From NCBI RefSeq assembly GCF_004010195.1, contig NC_057758.1:2578205-2642154 (forward strand): a stretch of 63,950 bases of DNA, read 5' to 3'. Within the stretch, counting starts at the first letter, position 1. The number at the start of each line of letters is the position of its first letter. This stretch comes from Chiloscyllium plagiosum (taxonomy: Eukaryota). Below, in pieces: positions 1-11,799 of this stretch. The notes beneath the pieces are model-generated. The model was given only the letters and a program-made list of their open reading frames with translations. It searched no databases and was not told the DNA's origin. The position numbers and the translations under genes were made by a program.

Positions 1-1026
1 GCTATATCCGTTTAAAGTAAAGCCCTTTGGAATGGGAAACACACCCGCCACTCTCCAGAGGTGCGTTAACAGAGTTGTGTTAATGGGGTAACAAAGTGTG
101 CATCCTATTTGGACGGTATAGTGATTTTAACAAGTCTCAAAAAGATCACATGGGACAGTTGACAAAGCTCTTTGAATGACGACCAGAAGAAAAACTGGTG
201 ATTAACTTAAATAAAGCTGAATTCGCGAGAGAGAGGGGATGTTTAGATTAGATTACTTACAGTGTAGAAACAGGCCCTTCGGCCCAACAAGTGCACACCG
301 ACCCGCAGCGCACCCAGACCCATTCCCCTCACACTACGGGCAATTTAACATGCCCAATTCACCAAACCTGCACATTTTTGGACTGTGGGAGGAAACCGGA
401 GCACCCGGAGAAAACCCACGCAGACACGGGGAGAATGTGCAAACTCCACTCAGACAGTTGCCTGAGGCGGGAATTGAACCACTCAGCCGCCGTGCCACGC
501 ACGGGGCATAACAGACGCCTTGGGGCATAACATCAGCCATGGAAAGTTGAACCAAGAGAACGTAAAGGTAAAGGCCACGGAGGATTTTCCAGGACCAACC
601 TCGATGAAAGGTGTTTTGATTCTTTGGACGAAGCGGAATCTATCAGAAGTTTGTTACAAACTTCAGCAGTGCAGCAGCACTGTTATCTGATTTGCTGAAG
701 AAGCACACAATGCTTCAGCGGACAGAACAATGTCAGAAGGCATTCGACCGTTTGAAAGCCAAACTAACCCCCAAACCAATTTTGACTACACCAATTTTGT
801 CATAACCTTTTAAAGTCGCCAACCATACTGGAGGCATAGGAGTTGGAGCTGTACTCTTGCAAGAAAATGAGGATGGGATTGACCTGCCAGTTGTTTACTT
901 TTCGAAGAAGGTCAACATCTAACAGAGGAAATTCTCTACAAACTGTTGAGTTTGGTACTGACCTCATAACATTTTAATTTTTAATATCACAATCAGTGTA
1001 CACGGATCACAATTCGGTTATATTCT
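1..1026 (+). mobile_element. Degraded Ty3/Gypsy LTR-retrotransposon pol remnant (RT C-terminal part and RNase H), interrupted by a SINE
   Basis: Broken frames read LYPFKVKPFGMGNTPATLQR, CASYLDGIVI (YLDD-like), LGHNISHG, GIGVGAVLLQENEDGIDLPVVYFSKK and VYTDHNS. These are Gypsy RT/RNase H motifs, with stops and frameshifts. Confidence 0.85.
242..500 (-). mobile_element. HE1-type tRNA-derived V-SINE inserted in the Gypsy remnant
   Basis: Reverse complement matches the full SINE at 46265-46577: B box GGTTCAATTCC, V-domain CTCCCCGTGTCTGCGTGGGTTT and GTAATCTAATCTAA tail. The head has an internal deletion. Confidence 0.9.
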
Positions 1027-1039
1027 TTGGACTCACACT

Positions 1040-1410
1040 GTGTTCCTTCATCCCTCTCTCTCTCTGTCTGTTGTCTCTCTACCTCACAGTTTCTCTCTGC
1101 CAAACCTTCCACCTCTATCTTCCTCTCCTTACCTTGTTTGAGGTTTTCATTCTTTCTAACTCTACTTTCACTCTGCCTCTGTCTATCTTTGTCTATCTCT
1201 CTGCACCTATCACTTTCGCTTTTGTCTCGTTCTCACATCCCCATGTTAGTGCATCCTCTCTATCCATTCTTTTTCTCATCATTCTCCGTCAATCTTTAAC
1301 TGTCCCCACTTTCTGTATCTCAGATACTTCCTGTCATTATTGCTTATATTTTGCTCTCGCCCTCTCTCTTTTGTCAGGACCGCTTTCTTCAATTGTCTGC
1401 ACTTTTCGAT
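1040..1410. repeat. Degenerate CT-rich low-complexity tract
   Basis: Pyrimidine-rich, (CT)n-derived sequence. It yields spurious Leu/Ser-rich ORFs. Confidence 0.7.
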
Positions 1411-1659
1411 TCTGAAGTGAAATAAAAGAAACAAAGTCGTTTTAAACAATATAAATGTGTGGAAAGAACTGGTCCATATTTTAAAAACTTTCAACATGGT
1501 ATTGACTCAAAACGCTGCTTGCACAGCTACTGAATGGAGCAACAGTTGCCTTGGTGGTCTGCCGGGCGGGTACCGTCGTGTTCAAATGACCTAGATCAAA
1601 GAGACGTCGGAGAACATTTTCATTTCTCCGTGAAAGCGCAGTGGCACGCAAAGACAATA

Positions 1660-2290
1660 ATAAAAAGAAGGTGTTTGTATGTAGTCATTTATTCGTCAAG
1701 GCAATTAATGTTGAGTATAGGGTTTGGGAGGTTATGCTCTGGCTGTACAGAACATCGGTTAGACTACATTTCGAACACTGTTTTCCTTCTGTAGGAAATA
1801 TGCATTATAATTTGAATGTATGTAGAAAAGATTTACAAAAATGCTGCTGGGTTTTGAATTTTTGAGCTTTCAGGGGAGGCTGAATAGGCTGGGATTATTT
1901 TCTCTGGAGCATTGGAGACTGCGGGGTGACTTTACAGAAATTTATAAATTACGTGCAATTTGGATAAAGTGAATAGTCTTTTTTCCCGGTGTACGGGAAT
2001 CGAAGAATTGAAAGCACAGGCTTAAGTTCAGATGGGAAAGACTTAAAAGGGACCTAATGTGCAACTATTTGAAAGAGAATGGTGCATGTGCGAAGTGAGC
2101 TGAATGGGGGCTGGTATACTACATCATTTAAATGTTAGCTGCAATGGGTGTATATATGGGAAGGGTTAACTGGGATATGAACCATAAGCTGGCAAATTGG
2201 GGAGGTTTGATTTAGAATATCTGATCTTTGTGGACCATTTGAACTGAGGGTCTGTTTCCATGCTGAACCTTTCTGTGAATCTATGACTCT
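1660..2290 (+). mobile_element. Old CR1-type LINE 3' fragment
   Basis: VEYRVWEVMLWLYRTSVRLHFEHC, LNRLGLFSLEHWRLRGD, and a 3' UTR ending in TCTATGACTCT. Confidence 0.8.
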
Positions 2291-2873
2291 GAGCAGATGC
2301 CGTGACCAAATGAAAATCGAACAGCAATATGTGGCTGGACTATGGACAAATGAGACGTTATCGATGATAAAGGTCTTCTTCCCGACAAAGCATTAGAGAT
2401 TGACACCAGTGTGAACAGCTCGTGGGTGTGAAGGTTTGGGTAGAAGCTACCTGACGTTTGGAGATTAAGGAGCTGTTCTTTCTTCTGCAGTTAATAAAAA
2501 CCTAAAGCGCGCAGATATCAGCTTGGTTCCCATCATCAGTCATTGTAAGCTGTGAGTTTTGACTTTGTGGAAGATCAAGGAATGGCAGAAAAGATCATCA
2601 GAGTCAACCCTGTGAAGTGGTATCATTCAACAGCGTTCTCAGTCTTTCCTTCTGTCCACGACCCTCTTGTTTTTTTTTCTTATTAGCATGTCTGTCTGCA
2701 TGTGCCTGCAAAGGGGGAGTTTCATAAAAGAATAGAGGTAAACAATTTCAACGTGTAGATTCAGCTGCCAATGATTTATGGTTGTTTACCTCAAACTATA
2801 TTCCAGACACCTCTATTCAATAATAATTTTTGTTAAGGATTAAAGATCCATGCTTTCTGTCATTTTGGATCTT

Positions 2874-3170
2874 GACCATGAGAACCTCTTTCCACGTATG
2901 GAATCAGCTATTACGAGGGGGTATAGCTTTAAATTAAGGGGTGGTAGGTATAGGACAGAATTTAGGGGTAGATTCTTTACTCAGCGAGTCGTGAGTTCAT
3001 GGAATGCCCTGCCAGTAGCAGTGGTGGACTCTCTCTCTTTATGGGCATTTAAACGGGCATTGGATAGGCATATGGAGGATAGTGGGCTAGTGTAGGTTAG
3101 GTGGGCTTGGATCGGCGCAACATCAAGGGCCAAAGGGCCTGTACTGCGCTGTATTTTTCTATGTTCTATG
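2874..3170 (+). mobile_element. Younger 5'-truncated CR1 (HER1-like) LINE 3' end
   Basis: LFPRMESAITRGYSFKLRGGRYRTEFRGRFFTQRVVSSWNALP, a 3' UTR and a (TTCTATG)n tail. Closely similar to 8650-8945. Confidence 0.9.
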
Positions 3171-3584
3171 AATGTGCAAAAATTGGGGAAATCTTTTTTA
3201 ATCTATGGAAAAATTTGACGACTTCAGGATTTTCAAGAATTGATCTCCATGCTATACTTCAGTGAGCAACTGCACATTTTATCTGGGTCTTCTGATAACA
3301 GAGTGTCTCAAACTATCCTCTGTTCTTTTGGACTTCCTTTTTTGTGTTTTTATTTGAATTGTCTCTGTTTCTATTTGCTTGCATGCCTCTCTGTTGCTTT
3401 CCTACACTCGCTCTCTCTGTTTCCCCCTTACACTCCAGCAACTTTCAGTTGTTCCTTACGTTTCTGCCTGTCTGTTAATCGCTTTTTAATATGCCTTATG
3501 TTATGTCTCAGCCACTCTCTCCCTCGCGGTTTCTCTATCTTTCCCTCTCCCTGCATTGAATTATTTTTCTCTATCCAACTCTTT

Positions 3585-3792
3585 CTTAAATGAATCCAGA
3601 GACTGTGCCTCCACTGCCCTCTGGGGTAGAGCATTCCACACAGCCACCACTCTCTGGGTGAAGAAGATTCTCCTCATCTCTGTCCTAAATGGTCTCCCGT
3701 ATTTTTAAGCTGTGTCCTCTGGTTCGGCCCCTCACCCATCAGCGGAAACATGTTTCCTGCCTCCAGAGTGTTCAATCATTTAATAATCTTGT
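3585..3792 (-). mobile_element. CR1 LINE ORF2 C-terminal fragment
   Basis: Reverse strand reads RTEMRRIFFTQRVVAVWNALPQRAVEAQSL. Confidence 0.8.
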
Positions 3793-4009
3793 AGTTTGAG
3801 ATTTATGCAAAAGCTCACAACATTTTTCAGCAAATGTGCTTCATACTAACAAATCTGTCAGGGGACATGATGTGATGGGTTTCAGTTTCATTTTTATTCA
3901 TTTTATCAGTGTCAATGCCGACAAGGATCTGATTGAGAAATTGTATTAAAGGTGTTTAAACTCAAGGTAGTGTCAATTCCTGCACATACTGTTACTGACA
4001 ACAGCCACC

Positions 4010-4395
4010 CCGCTCCCCCCCCACCCCCACGGCCCCTTCTTGGTTCTATGCATATACGCAGAGTCACTCTCTCTCTCTCTCACCCACACATACAAACCCA
4101 CTCACTCTCACACATTCACTTACATATTCATGCATGGACACAAACGATATACACTATCACATAAACACATGCATATGGCCTGACACGCATAAACTCACAT
4201 ACAATAACATTGACGTCCGAAAACATACACACACACATAAATTCACACTCATTCATATATACAGATATACATAAACAAACGCTCACACACAGGGACATTC
4301 TCACTCATTCACACATCCGCACATTCACATGCTCAAACACACACAGAAATAAACATGCCCACACACATTAACGTACACTCACTCACGTGCTCACT
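4010..4395. repeat. Degenerate (CA)n low-complexity tract
   Basis: CA/AC-rich imperfect dinucleotide repeats. Confidence 0.75.
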
Positions 4396-6407
4396 TGCAA
4401 AGGCACAAAAGAAACCGAGCACAAAAAGTGAAAAATCTATGGCAATACAAAATCTACCGTGCACAATGATTGATATATGCGCACTCAATAGTATACACCC
4501 AGTCTATTGGGCACAGTAATACAATAGCCACTGTTTAAACTAACTGACATATGGGCATTCAGCTTTGTTAAACTGTGCATTGTCTACATTAATATAACTG
4601 TTACTGGGTAGGAGAATAGATGTTTGAAGATTCAAAGTTGTGCAACCTGTACATTGAATACAGTAACACAATACCTATAGGAATGCTATACCGACTGTGT
4701 GGGTTCGCGGACATTCATCTGTATGCAGACTGTGCATTCTCTAAAATAATCGATATCAAGTGTAATAAAATGCCTGCTGCTTTAGGCCACGTATATATGG
4801 CATGGTGCAGACTGTGTACTGTCTGCAGTAAAGCAGTGTCTTAACAGTGAGCTGGCTGTTATTTAAATATTAAGCATCTGCTAAGTAAATCTTGAGGTGT
4901 GATTCAATGGCATATTTACGATTGGGGATGTTCAGTCGCTAGTAGAAGCAAAGGTAAGGGATCTGGGAGAAGGTTGAGTTGGAAATGAGGAAAACTACCT
5001 TCAAGATTGGTTAACTGGAACTGCAGTGAGAAGGGGAGCTTGCAGCAGAGTCAGTTGTGCCAAGCAGCGTTGGAAATAGATAGATAATAATAAAAAAAAA
5101 GAAAGCCACAGAAGTACCAGCTGCGAAACTGAAGTGATGTAGGGGACATGACCTCCTAACTCTTCAAAGATCCAAAGGCACTACACTCTGCAGAATTGCA
5201 ATAAGTTTAAATACAGACTGTTGCTGCCTTCCCCAAATGACGGCCTAAACAAACAGCAACCATATTTAATTCTCAGCAATTGTGACGATTTTAAAATTCG
5301 TCTGATGAGGAGATGATCTGCTGGATGAAAGATGGAGAGACTTGCATAGCAGCACAAAAACCATCAGTAGTTTGCCTGTGACTGACGTCTTGAAATGTAG
5401 ATACTGTGTAACCACAGACTGTGAAGACATGCTGCCTGTCCAAGTGTCAGTTGCCACATAATTGAAGAGTAATCCAGGGGTAAGAATCAGCTGGCATCTA
5501 GCTTCTCCTCGGTGATGCAAGTGCAGGCTAAAAACTTGGAAGTATGCACACTTGACAAAAATACTTCTATTTCAGGGATATGAGGAGTAACAGTCTCTGA
5601 TCCTTTTGGACAGTCTGTTAAATACTTGCCCCAGTAATAGATCTCAGCGGCCACAAAACTCCATTTAGCCTCTCAAAGTTCGAAAAAGGCGACATTGTCC
5701 CACGATAAAGAATAACAGGATCCAACTTCTCATCATGTACTCCTGTGTCCAATACACAGGGTTCAAAAGCCGAATGCTTTCCACACACTGCAGACATTGT
5801 GTTACTATCAAGATTCAGACAATGCACACGTTTCTCAATGCTGTCTGTCCAAATATTTGGTGCCCACACAGCAAATATTGTATTACTGTAGACAGTACAA
5901 GGTACAGTATGGTTGTGCCAGCCGAGATAAAGACCTTAAGAGATAGGGCGACGAATGCTTCTGCCAAGCCAGACAATCGTCAGTGTAAAGAAACACCTAA
6001 CGGTTCAATGATGAAAGTGGTGACGTTTCTCATGAAATTGCGGTTACACTTCATTTTGGTTAAACTAAGCTGTTTTCTGTGGTTGTGGAATCATTTGGCC
6101 ACTCTGCCATTTTAGAATCACTCAGCTTGCCTTTGAACAAACGAGCGAGTTTTTCGACACAAGCAGGGCACAGATGGCCAGCGGCATGGGAAACGAGGTC
6201 AGCCAAGATTCTGAATGGCTGCGCTTGGGAAACATTGAAGACCACACAGAAGCTCATAAGTCATGTGTAACCATTGGGAGACAATTGGTCATTACCATTT
6301 CAGTGATGGGAGAGCTTAACCAGGTGGGATGTGAAAGGTATTAATTACTTGGAGAAAGGAAGTGAACGTCCTGTCGTCAGAATTTCATAGTACATAACAA
6401 TAGGTGG

Positions 6408-7172
6408 CAAGGAAGATTGTGGGACGATTGAAAACAGCTTTTAGAGAGATATTGGGGAAACGAAAAAGTTGGCAAATGGTACATAAATGGGAAGACGTGA
6501 CGTTGCTCATTTGGGAAAGGTGAACGAAAGAACACAATATATTTCAAGAGATAAACTTGAAACTGAAAGGGATTGCGGGACATTGTGCATGAGACACTGC
6601 AAGCTAGCACAAAAGGGCATCTGCTCACCGGAAAGCTTAAATTAATTTGACCTTGATTTCAAGACGGTTGGAATATACAGTTTAAAAATTCATACTGCAG
6701 GTGTCCAAGGTGCTGGTAGGATCATATCTCGAGCATTATGAGCAAGTTGGTCTCCTTTTTGAAGGAAAAGTATCTATTAATTAGAGGGAGCTCCGGAAAT
6801 AAAATGTCCACTAGGATGATTTCCGGTGTGGATGGATTGTCTTCTGATCAACGTTTAAACAGGCTGAGACTCAGCTCACTGAAATTTAGTAGAAGAGATG
6901 TTTTCACAAGAGAAATACAGGATTCTTAAGCAGGGCAAATGCTGACAGGATTTTGCCCTCATGGGCGAGTCGACGTCCAAAGTCTCAAAACAAAAGGGCG
7001 ACAATGGAAAACTGAGATGGTAAGGAATTTGTTCTCTCAGAAGGTTATCAATGTTTGGGACTTCGTGCCCCAGTGAGTTGTAGTGTTAGAATCTTTTCTA
7101 TATTTACGGCTGAGATTGGTAGATTCATGATCAATTGGTGAATTGAACGTAATAGAGAAAGTGCAGAAAAGT
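6408..7172 (+). mobile_element. Old CR1 LINE RT and 3' fragment
   Basis: Degraded IGGK...WQM...HLGK, VLVGSYLEHYEQVGL, RLNRLRLSSLKF and FSQKVINVWD motifs. Confidence 0.75.
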
Positions 7173-7174
7173 TT

Positions 7175-9262
7175 CATAGAGTCACAGAGTCGTAGAGATG
7201 TACAGCAGAGAAGCAGACCCGTCATTCCAACCCGTCAATGCCGACCAGATATCCCAAAACAATCTAGTCCCACCTGCCAGCACCCGGCCCATATCCCTCC
7301 AAATCCTTCCTATTCATATACCCATCCAAATGTCCCTTACATGTTGTAATTGTACGAGACTTCACCACTTCCTCTGGCAGCTCATTCCATACACGTACCA
7401 CACTCTGTGTGAAAACGTTGCCCCTTAGGACTCTTTTATATCTTTCTCCTCTCACTCTAAACCAATGTCCTCTCGTTTTGGACTCACTGAAACCAGGGAA
7501 AATACTTTGTTTATTTAACCTATCCATGCCCCTCATATTTTCGTAAACCTCTGTAAGGTCAATCCTCAGATTCCGACTCTCCAGGGAAAAGAGCCCCAGC
7601 CTCTCCCTATAGCTCAGAGCCTCCAACCCACGCAACATCTCTGTAAATCTTTTCTGAACCGTTTCGAGTTTCACAACATCTTTCCGATAGAAAGGAGACC
7701 AGAATTGCAAGCAATATTCCACCAGTGGCCTAACCAATGTCCTGTACAGCCACAACATGACCTCTCAACTCTTATACTCTATACTATGATCAATAAAGGA
7801 AAGCATACCAAACGCCTTCTTCACTATCCTATCTATCTGCAACTCCACTTTCAAGGAGCTATGAACCTGCACTCCAAGGTCTCTTTGTTCAGCAACACTT
7901 CCTAGGACCTTACAATTACGTGTATACGTCCTGCTAAGGTTTGCTTTCCAAAAATGCAGCATATCACATTTATCTGAATTAACTCTATCTGCCACTCATC
8001 GGCCCATTAACCCATGTGGTCAAGATCCTGTTGTAATCTGAGTGTCCCTCTTCACTGTCAACTACACTTCCAATTTTGGTGTCATCTGCAAACTTACTAA
8101 CTGTACCTCTTATGCTCGCATCCAAATCACTGATGTAATTGATAAAAAGTAGAGGACCCAGCACCGATCCTTGTGGCACTCCACTGGTCACAGACCTCCA
8201 GTCTGAAAATCACCCCTCCACCACCACTCTGTGTCTTCTACCTTTGAGCCAGTTTGTAGTGTGGATGAGCAGAGGGATTTTGGTGTCCATGTACACAGAT
8301 CTCTGAAAGTTGCCACCCAGGTAAATAGTGCGGTGAGGAAGGCATATGGCGTACTGGCTTTTATTGGTAGAGGAATTGAGTTCCGGAGTCCTGAGGTCAT
8401 GATGCAGTTGTATAAGACTCTGGTACGGCCGCATCTGGAATATTGTGTGCAGTTTTGGTCGCCATACTATAGGAAGGATGTGGAGGCATTGGAACGGGTG
8501 CAGAGGAGGTTTACCAGGATGTTGCCTGGTATGGAAGGAAAATCGTATGAGGAAAGACTGAGGCACTTGGGGCTGTTTTCACTAGAGAAAAGAAGGTTTA
8601 GGGGTGACTTGATTGAGGTGTACAAGATGATTAGGGGGTTAGATAGGGTCGACAGTATGAACCTTTTCCCGCGTATTGAGTCGGGTATTACAAGGGGGCA
8701 TAGCTTTAAATTAAGGGGGGGTAGATATAGGACTGATGTTAGGGGTAGGTTCTTCACTCAGCGAGTCGTTAGTTCATGGAATGCCCTGCCAGTAACAGTG
8801 GTGGACTCTCCCTCTTTATGGGCATTTAAGAGGGCATTGGATAGGTATATGGAGGATAGTGGGTTAGTGTAGTTTAGGTGGGCTTGGATCGGCGCAACAT
8901 CGAGGGCCCAAGGGCCTGTACTGCGCTGTATTCTTCTATGTTCTATGTTCTATGTTCTATGTTCTGTATCCAAATGTCTAATTCTGCCTTTATTCCATGA
9001 GATCTAACCTTGCTAATCAGTCTTCCAATTGAACCTTGTCGAAAGCCTTACTTTAGTCCATATAGATCACACCTACTGCTCTGCCCTTATCAATCCTCGT
9101 TGTTACTTCCTCGAAAAACTTAATCAAGTTTGTGAGACATGATTTCCCACGCATAAAGCCATGTTCACTATCTCTAATGAGTCCTTGTCTTCCAAAATAC
9201 TGTCCCTCAGGATTACCTCTAACAACTTGCTCACCACCGACTTCAGGCTCACTAGTCTATAG
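7175..9262 (-). mobile_element. CR1 LINE (RT to 3' tail), split by a nested younger CR1 at 8255-8962
   Basis: Minus ORFs TSGVPQGSVLGPLLF...KFADDTKIG and MLWLYRTLVRPLVEYCLQFWSP. The tail is at 7175. The host sequence GAGCCAGTT|CTGTATCCAAATG resumes after 8962. Confidence 0.9.
8255..8962 (+). mobile_element. Young 5'-truncated CR1 LINE with an uninterrupted ORF2 C-terminus
   Basis: ORF 8231-8872 (SVDEQRDFGVHVHRSLK...LVRPHLEYCVQFWSP...WNALP) is open for about 205 codons. The tail is (TTCTATG)x4. Confidence 0.92.
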
Positions 9263-9603
9263 TATTGCTAGAGCTGCTCGGGTGGATTTAAACGAATAAG
9301 GTGGGGGTGGGTGGGACCCGGGGAGATAATGAGGAAATACGTCAATCAGAGACTGATACAGTTGAGAACAGAAGCGAGACAAACAGGTCACATAGGGATA
9401 ATGTAGGTCTAATAAATTAAAAGCATTTATTTCAATGCAAGGGGCCTGACAGGAAAGTCAGATGAACTCATGGCATGGTTAGGAACATGGGACTGGGATA
9501 TCATAGAAATTACAGAAAATTGGCTCAGGGATGAACAAGAGTGGCAACTTAATATTCCAGGATACCAATGCTACACGAAGGATAGAAAGGGATGCAAGGG
9601 AGG
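9263..9603 (+). mobile_element. CR1 ORF1-end and ORF2 endonuclease N-terminal fragment
   Basis: KSIYFNARGLTGKSDELMAWLGTWDWDIIEITENWL...LNIPGYQCYTKDR, an APE-like endonuclease start. Confidence 0.85.
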
Positions 9604-9789
9604 ATATATTATGTTCTGCGTCACCTCATTCTTTCCAACTATACTCCCGTGTCTCACATTTGATGGTAACTGGCGACTAACGACAGTGACTGATGACAGG
9701 ACAGTTCTGCTTCAAAGTTGTAAGTGCATCACGGAGAATTGAGCAGTTACATTTCTATGGAACCATTACTGGTCAAAATGCAACAGGAT

Positions 9790-10030
9790 GCAGACAGCAC
9801 TTAGTCTTGTGCTGATGACGAGCAAAGGCGATCAATGTCAATCCTAATTCCAGGTAAACGAAAACATAGCATTTCCAGCCGAATCTCCATCTTGATGTTT
9901 AATGATGATCCCATTGCTGAATCCGGCCCTATAAACATTCTGTGGAGGTTCACACATCTTCAGCTGAATCTGAATAACGATATCAGTGCTGGGGCTACTT
10001 CAGGAGGTCAGAGGCTGGGAATTCTATTTG
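9790..10030 (+). mobile_element. Old LINE RT C-terminal fragment, same family as 36720-39575; paralogous copy at about 23290-23540
   Basis: IAESGPINIL...ATSGGQRLGIL resembles the reverse strand of 37250-37450. Confidence 0.6.
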
Positions 10031-10511
10031 ATTAAAAATGCATTGACAACAATGACACACTCTACCATCTTCAAACAACATCATGTACGATATACATTGC
10101 TCCTACTCACAAAGGCCTCTTTGGCTGGGGTTTATAAAGCCAATATTCATGTAAACGAGAATAACAGAGGCAGCAGATGCGGTGATGCCTTGATGCTTAC
10201 CTCCAATTCAGAACACCTCAAAAGTTATGGCTGCATCACTATTTTTCGCAGTGAGGGCGACAACACTCTGGACGTTACTTTCTGACAGCACTGCTGCATG
10301 TGTGTACCACATTATGGACTGTTGTGCCTCAGTGAGGGAGCTGATCACCAACTTCAAAAGGGGAATTCGTGGGAACTTTGAGCAAAACACCCCACTCAAT
10401 AATGAACCATCACGGGGAGAGACAAGAGCATTGAAGAACACTTGTTACACATGCTTACACCTTACATGATGTGACCTACTACAGACAAAAATGCACACTT
10501 GACGTAGAAAT

Positions 10512-11313
10512 AAGTTTTTGGATTAGTGGTGCTGGAAGAGCACAGCAGTACAGGCAGCATCCGAGGAGCAGTAAAATTGACAGGCAGCAATACAGGCAGA
10601 GAGCCTGAAGGGTGGAGAGATAAGTGAGAGGAGGGTAGGGGTGGGGAGCATAGAGTACAATAGGTGAGTGGGGAAGGGGATGAAGGAGATAGGTCAGGGT
10701 AGGAGGGTGGAGTGTATAGGTGGAAAAGAAGATAGGCAGGTAGGACAAGTCATGGGACAGTGCTGAGCAGGAAGTTTGCAACTGGGGTGAGGTGGGGGAA
10801 AGGGAAATGAGGGAACTGTTGAAGTCCACATTGATGCCCTGGGGTTGAAGTGTTCCGAGGCGGAAGCTGAGGCGTTCTTCCTCCAGGCAGCTGGTGGTGA
10901 GGGAGCGGCGGTGAAGGAGGCCCAGGACCTCCATGTTCTCGGCAGAGTGGGAGGGGGAGTTGAAATGTTGGGCCACAGGGCGGTGTGGTTAATTGGTGCG
11001 GTTGTCCCGGAGATGTTCCCTAAAGCGCTCTGGTAGGAGACGTCCAATCTCCCCAATGTAGAGGAGACTGCATCGGGAGCAACGGATACAATAAATGATA
11101 TTGGTGGATGTGCAGGTAAAACTTTGATGGATGTGCAAGGCTCCTTTAGGGCCTTGGATGGAGGTGACGGAGGAGGTGTGGGCGCAGGTTTTGCAATTCC
11201 CGCGGTGGCAGGGAAAGGTGCCAGGATGGGAGGGTGGGTTGTAGGGGAGCGTGGACCTGATTAGGTAGTCAAGGCGGGAACGGTCTTTGTGGAAGGTGGA
11301 AAGGGGCAGGGAG
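10512..11313 (-). mobile_element. Penelope-like element 3' part (GIY-YIG endonuclease and 3' region), present in copy A only
   Basis: Reverse strand reads IYCIRCSRCSLLYIGEIGR...RFREH...VAQHFNSPSHS...LEEERLSFRLGTLQPQGINVDF. Copy B has the empty site GACGTAGAAATATGTGCAGAG at about 24025-24045. Confidence 0.9.
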
Positions 11314-11399
11314 GTGCAGAGCGATGGAATGTGCCACCAGTGACTGGGAGGTGAGTGAGTTCCTTATGTTATACAATTAGGTGAAACAAATGAGGCACT

Positions 11400-11705
11400 T
11401 CAGGTTTCCGACACAAGAAATAAGTCGGTTCTTTTAAAGGATATAACAATTTGATGAAAACAATAGTTCTGCACGTTCTTCCATTGATATATGAGCTTAG
11501 TCAGGGTCATGGCATAAATATCACAATGTCTGCAATAATGAAACTGCATCATGAAACGTATTTCTTGTACGAAGTCAGGTATCCATATGGGATGCAGCCA
11601 GAAAAATGCATGCAAATTCAATTCGAATAAAACAACAACATTATCGATAATAAGACAGCATTCCCTCAGATAAAGCAATCGATTTCCTTTGATTGCCCTT
11701 GCTCA
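11400..11705 (-). pseudogene. Truncated GPR139/142-like pseudogene, copy A (end of ICL3, TM6, TM7, tail)
   Basis: GNQRKSIAL..*GNAVLLSIMLLFYSN*...WIPDFVQEIRFMMQFHYCRHCDIYAMTLTKLIYQWK aligns with ENRRKAII...SGNFVLLWTMLMIYS...WIPDIVREIGFMLQLLSCCTNTCIYAMTQTKFREQWK of the intact gene. The 3' flank (10275-10510 and 11314-11400) aligns with 56190-56530. Confidence 0.88.
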
Positions 11706-11799
11706 TTTCGTTCTACCCGTGTCGCAGAGACAACATCACAACTGCTCTCAGCCTCCAAAGATATTCCATGAACCATGATGTACAAACCACCCTTGTTGC

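Noticed and set aside
996..1415. Hydrophobic 139-aa ORF (also 3240-3593 and 42957-43307)
   Set aside because: These are translations of CT-rich low-complexity DNA or antisense LINE sequence, with no domain or splice support.
5266..6115. Several overlapping ORFs in non-repeat-looking DNA
   Set aside because: I recognise no protein motif or coherent exon structure in any frame.
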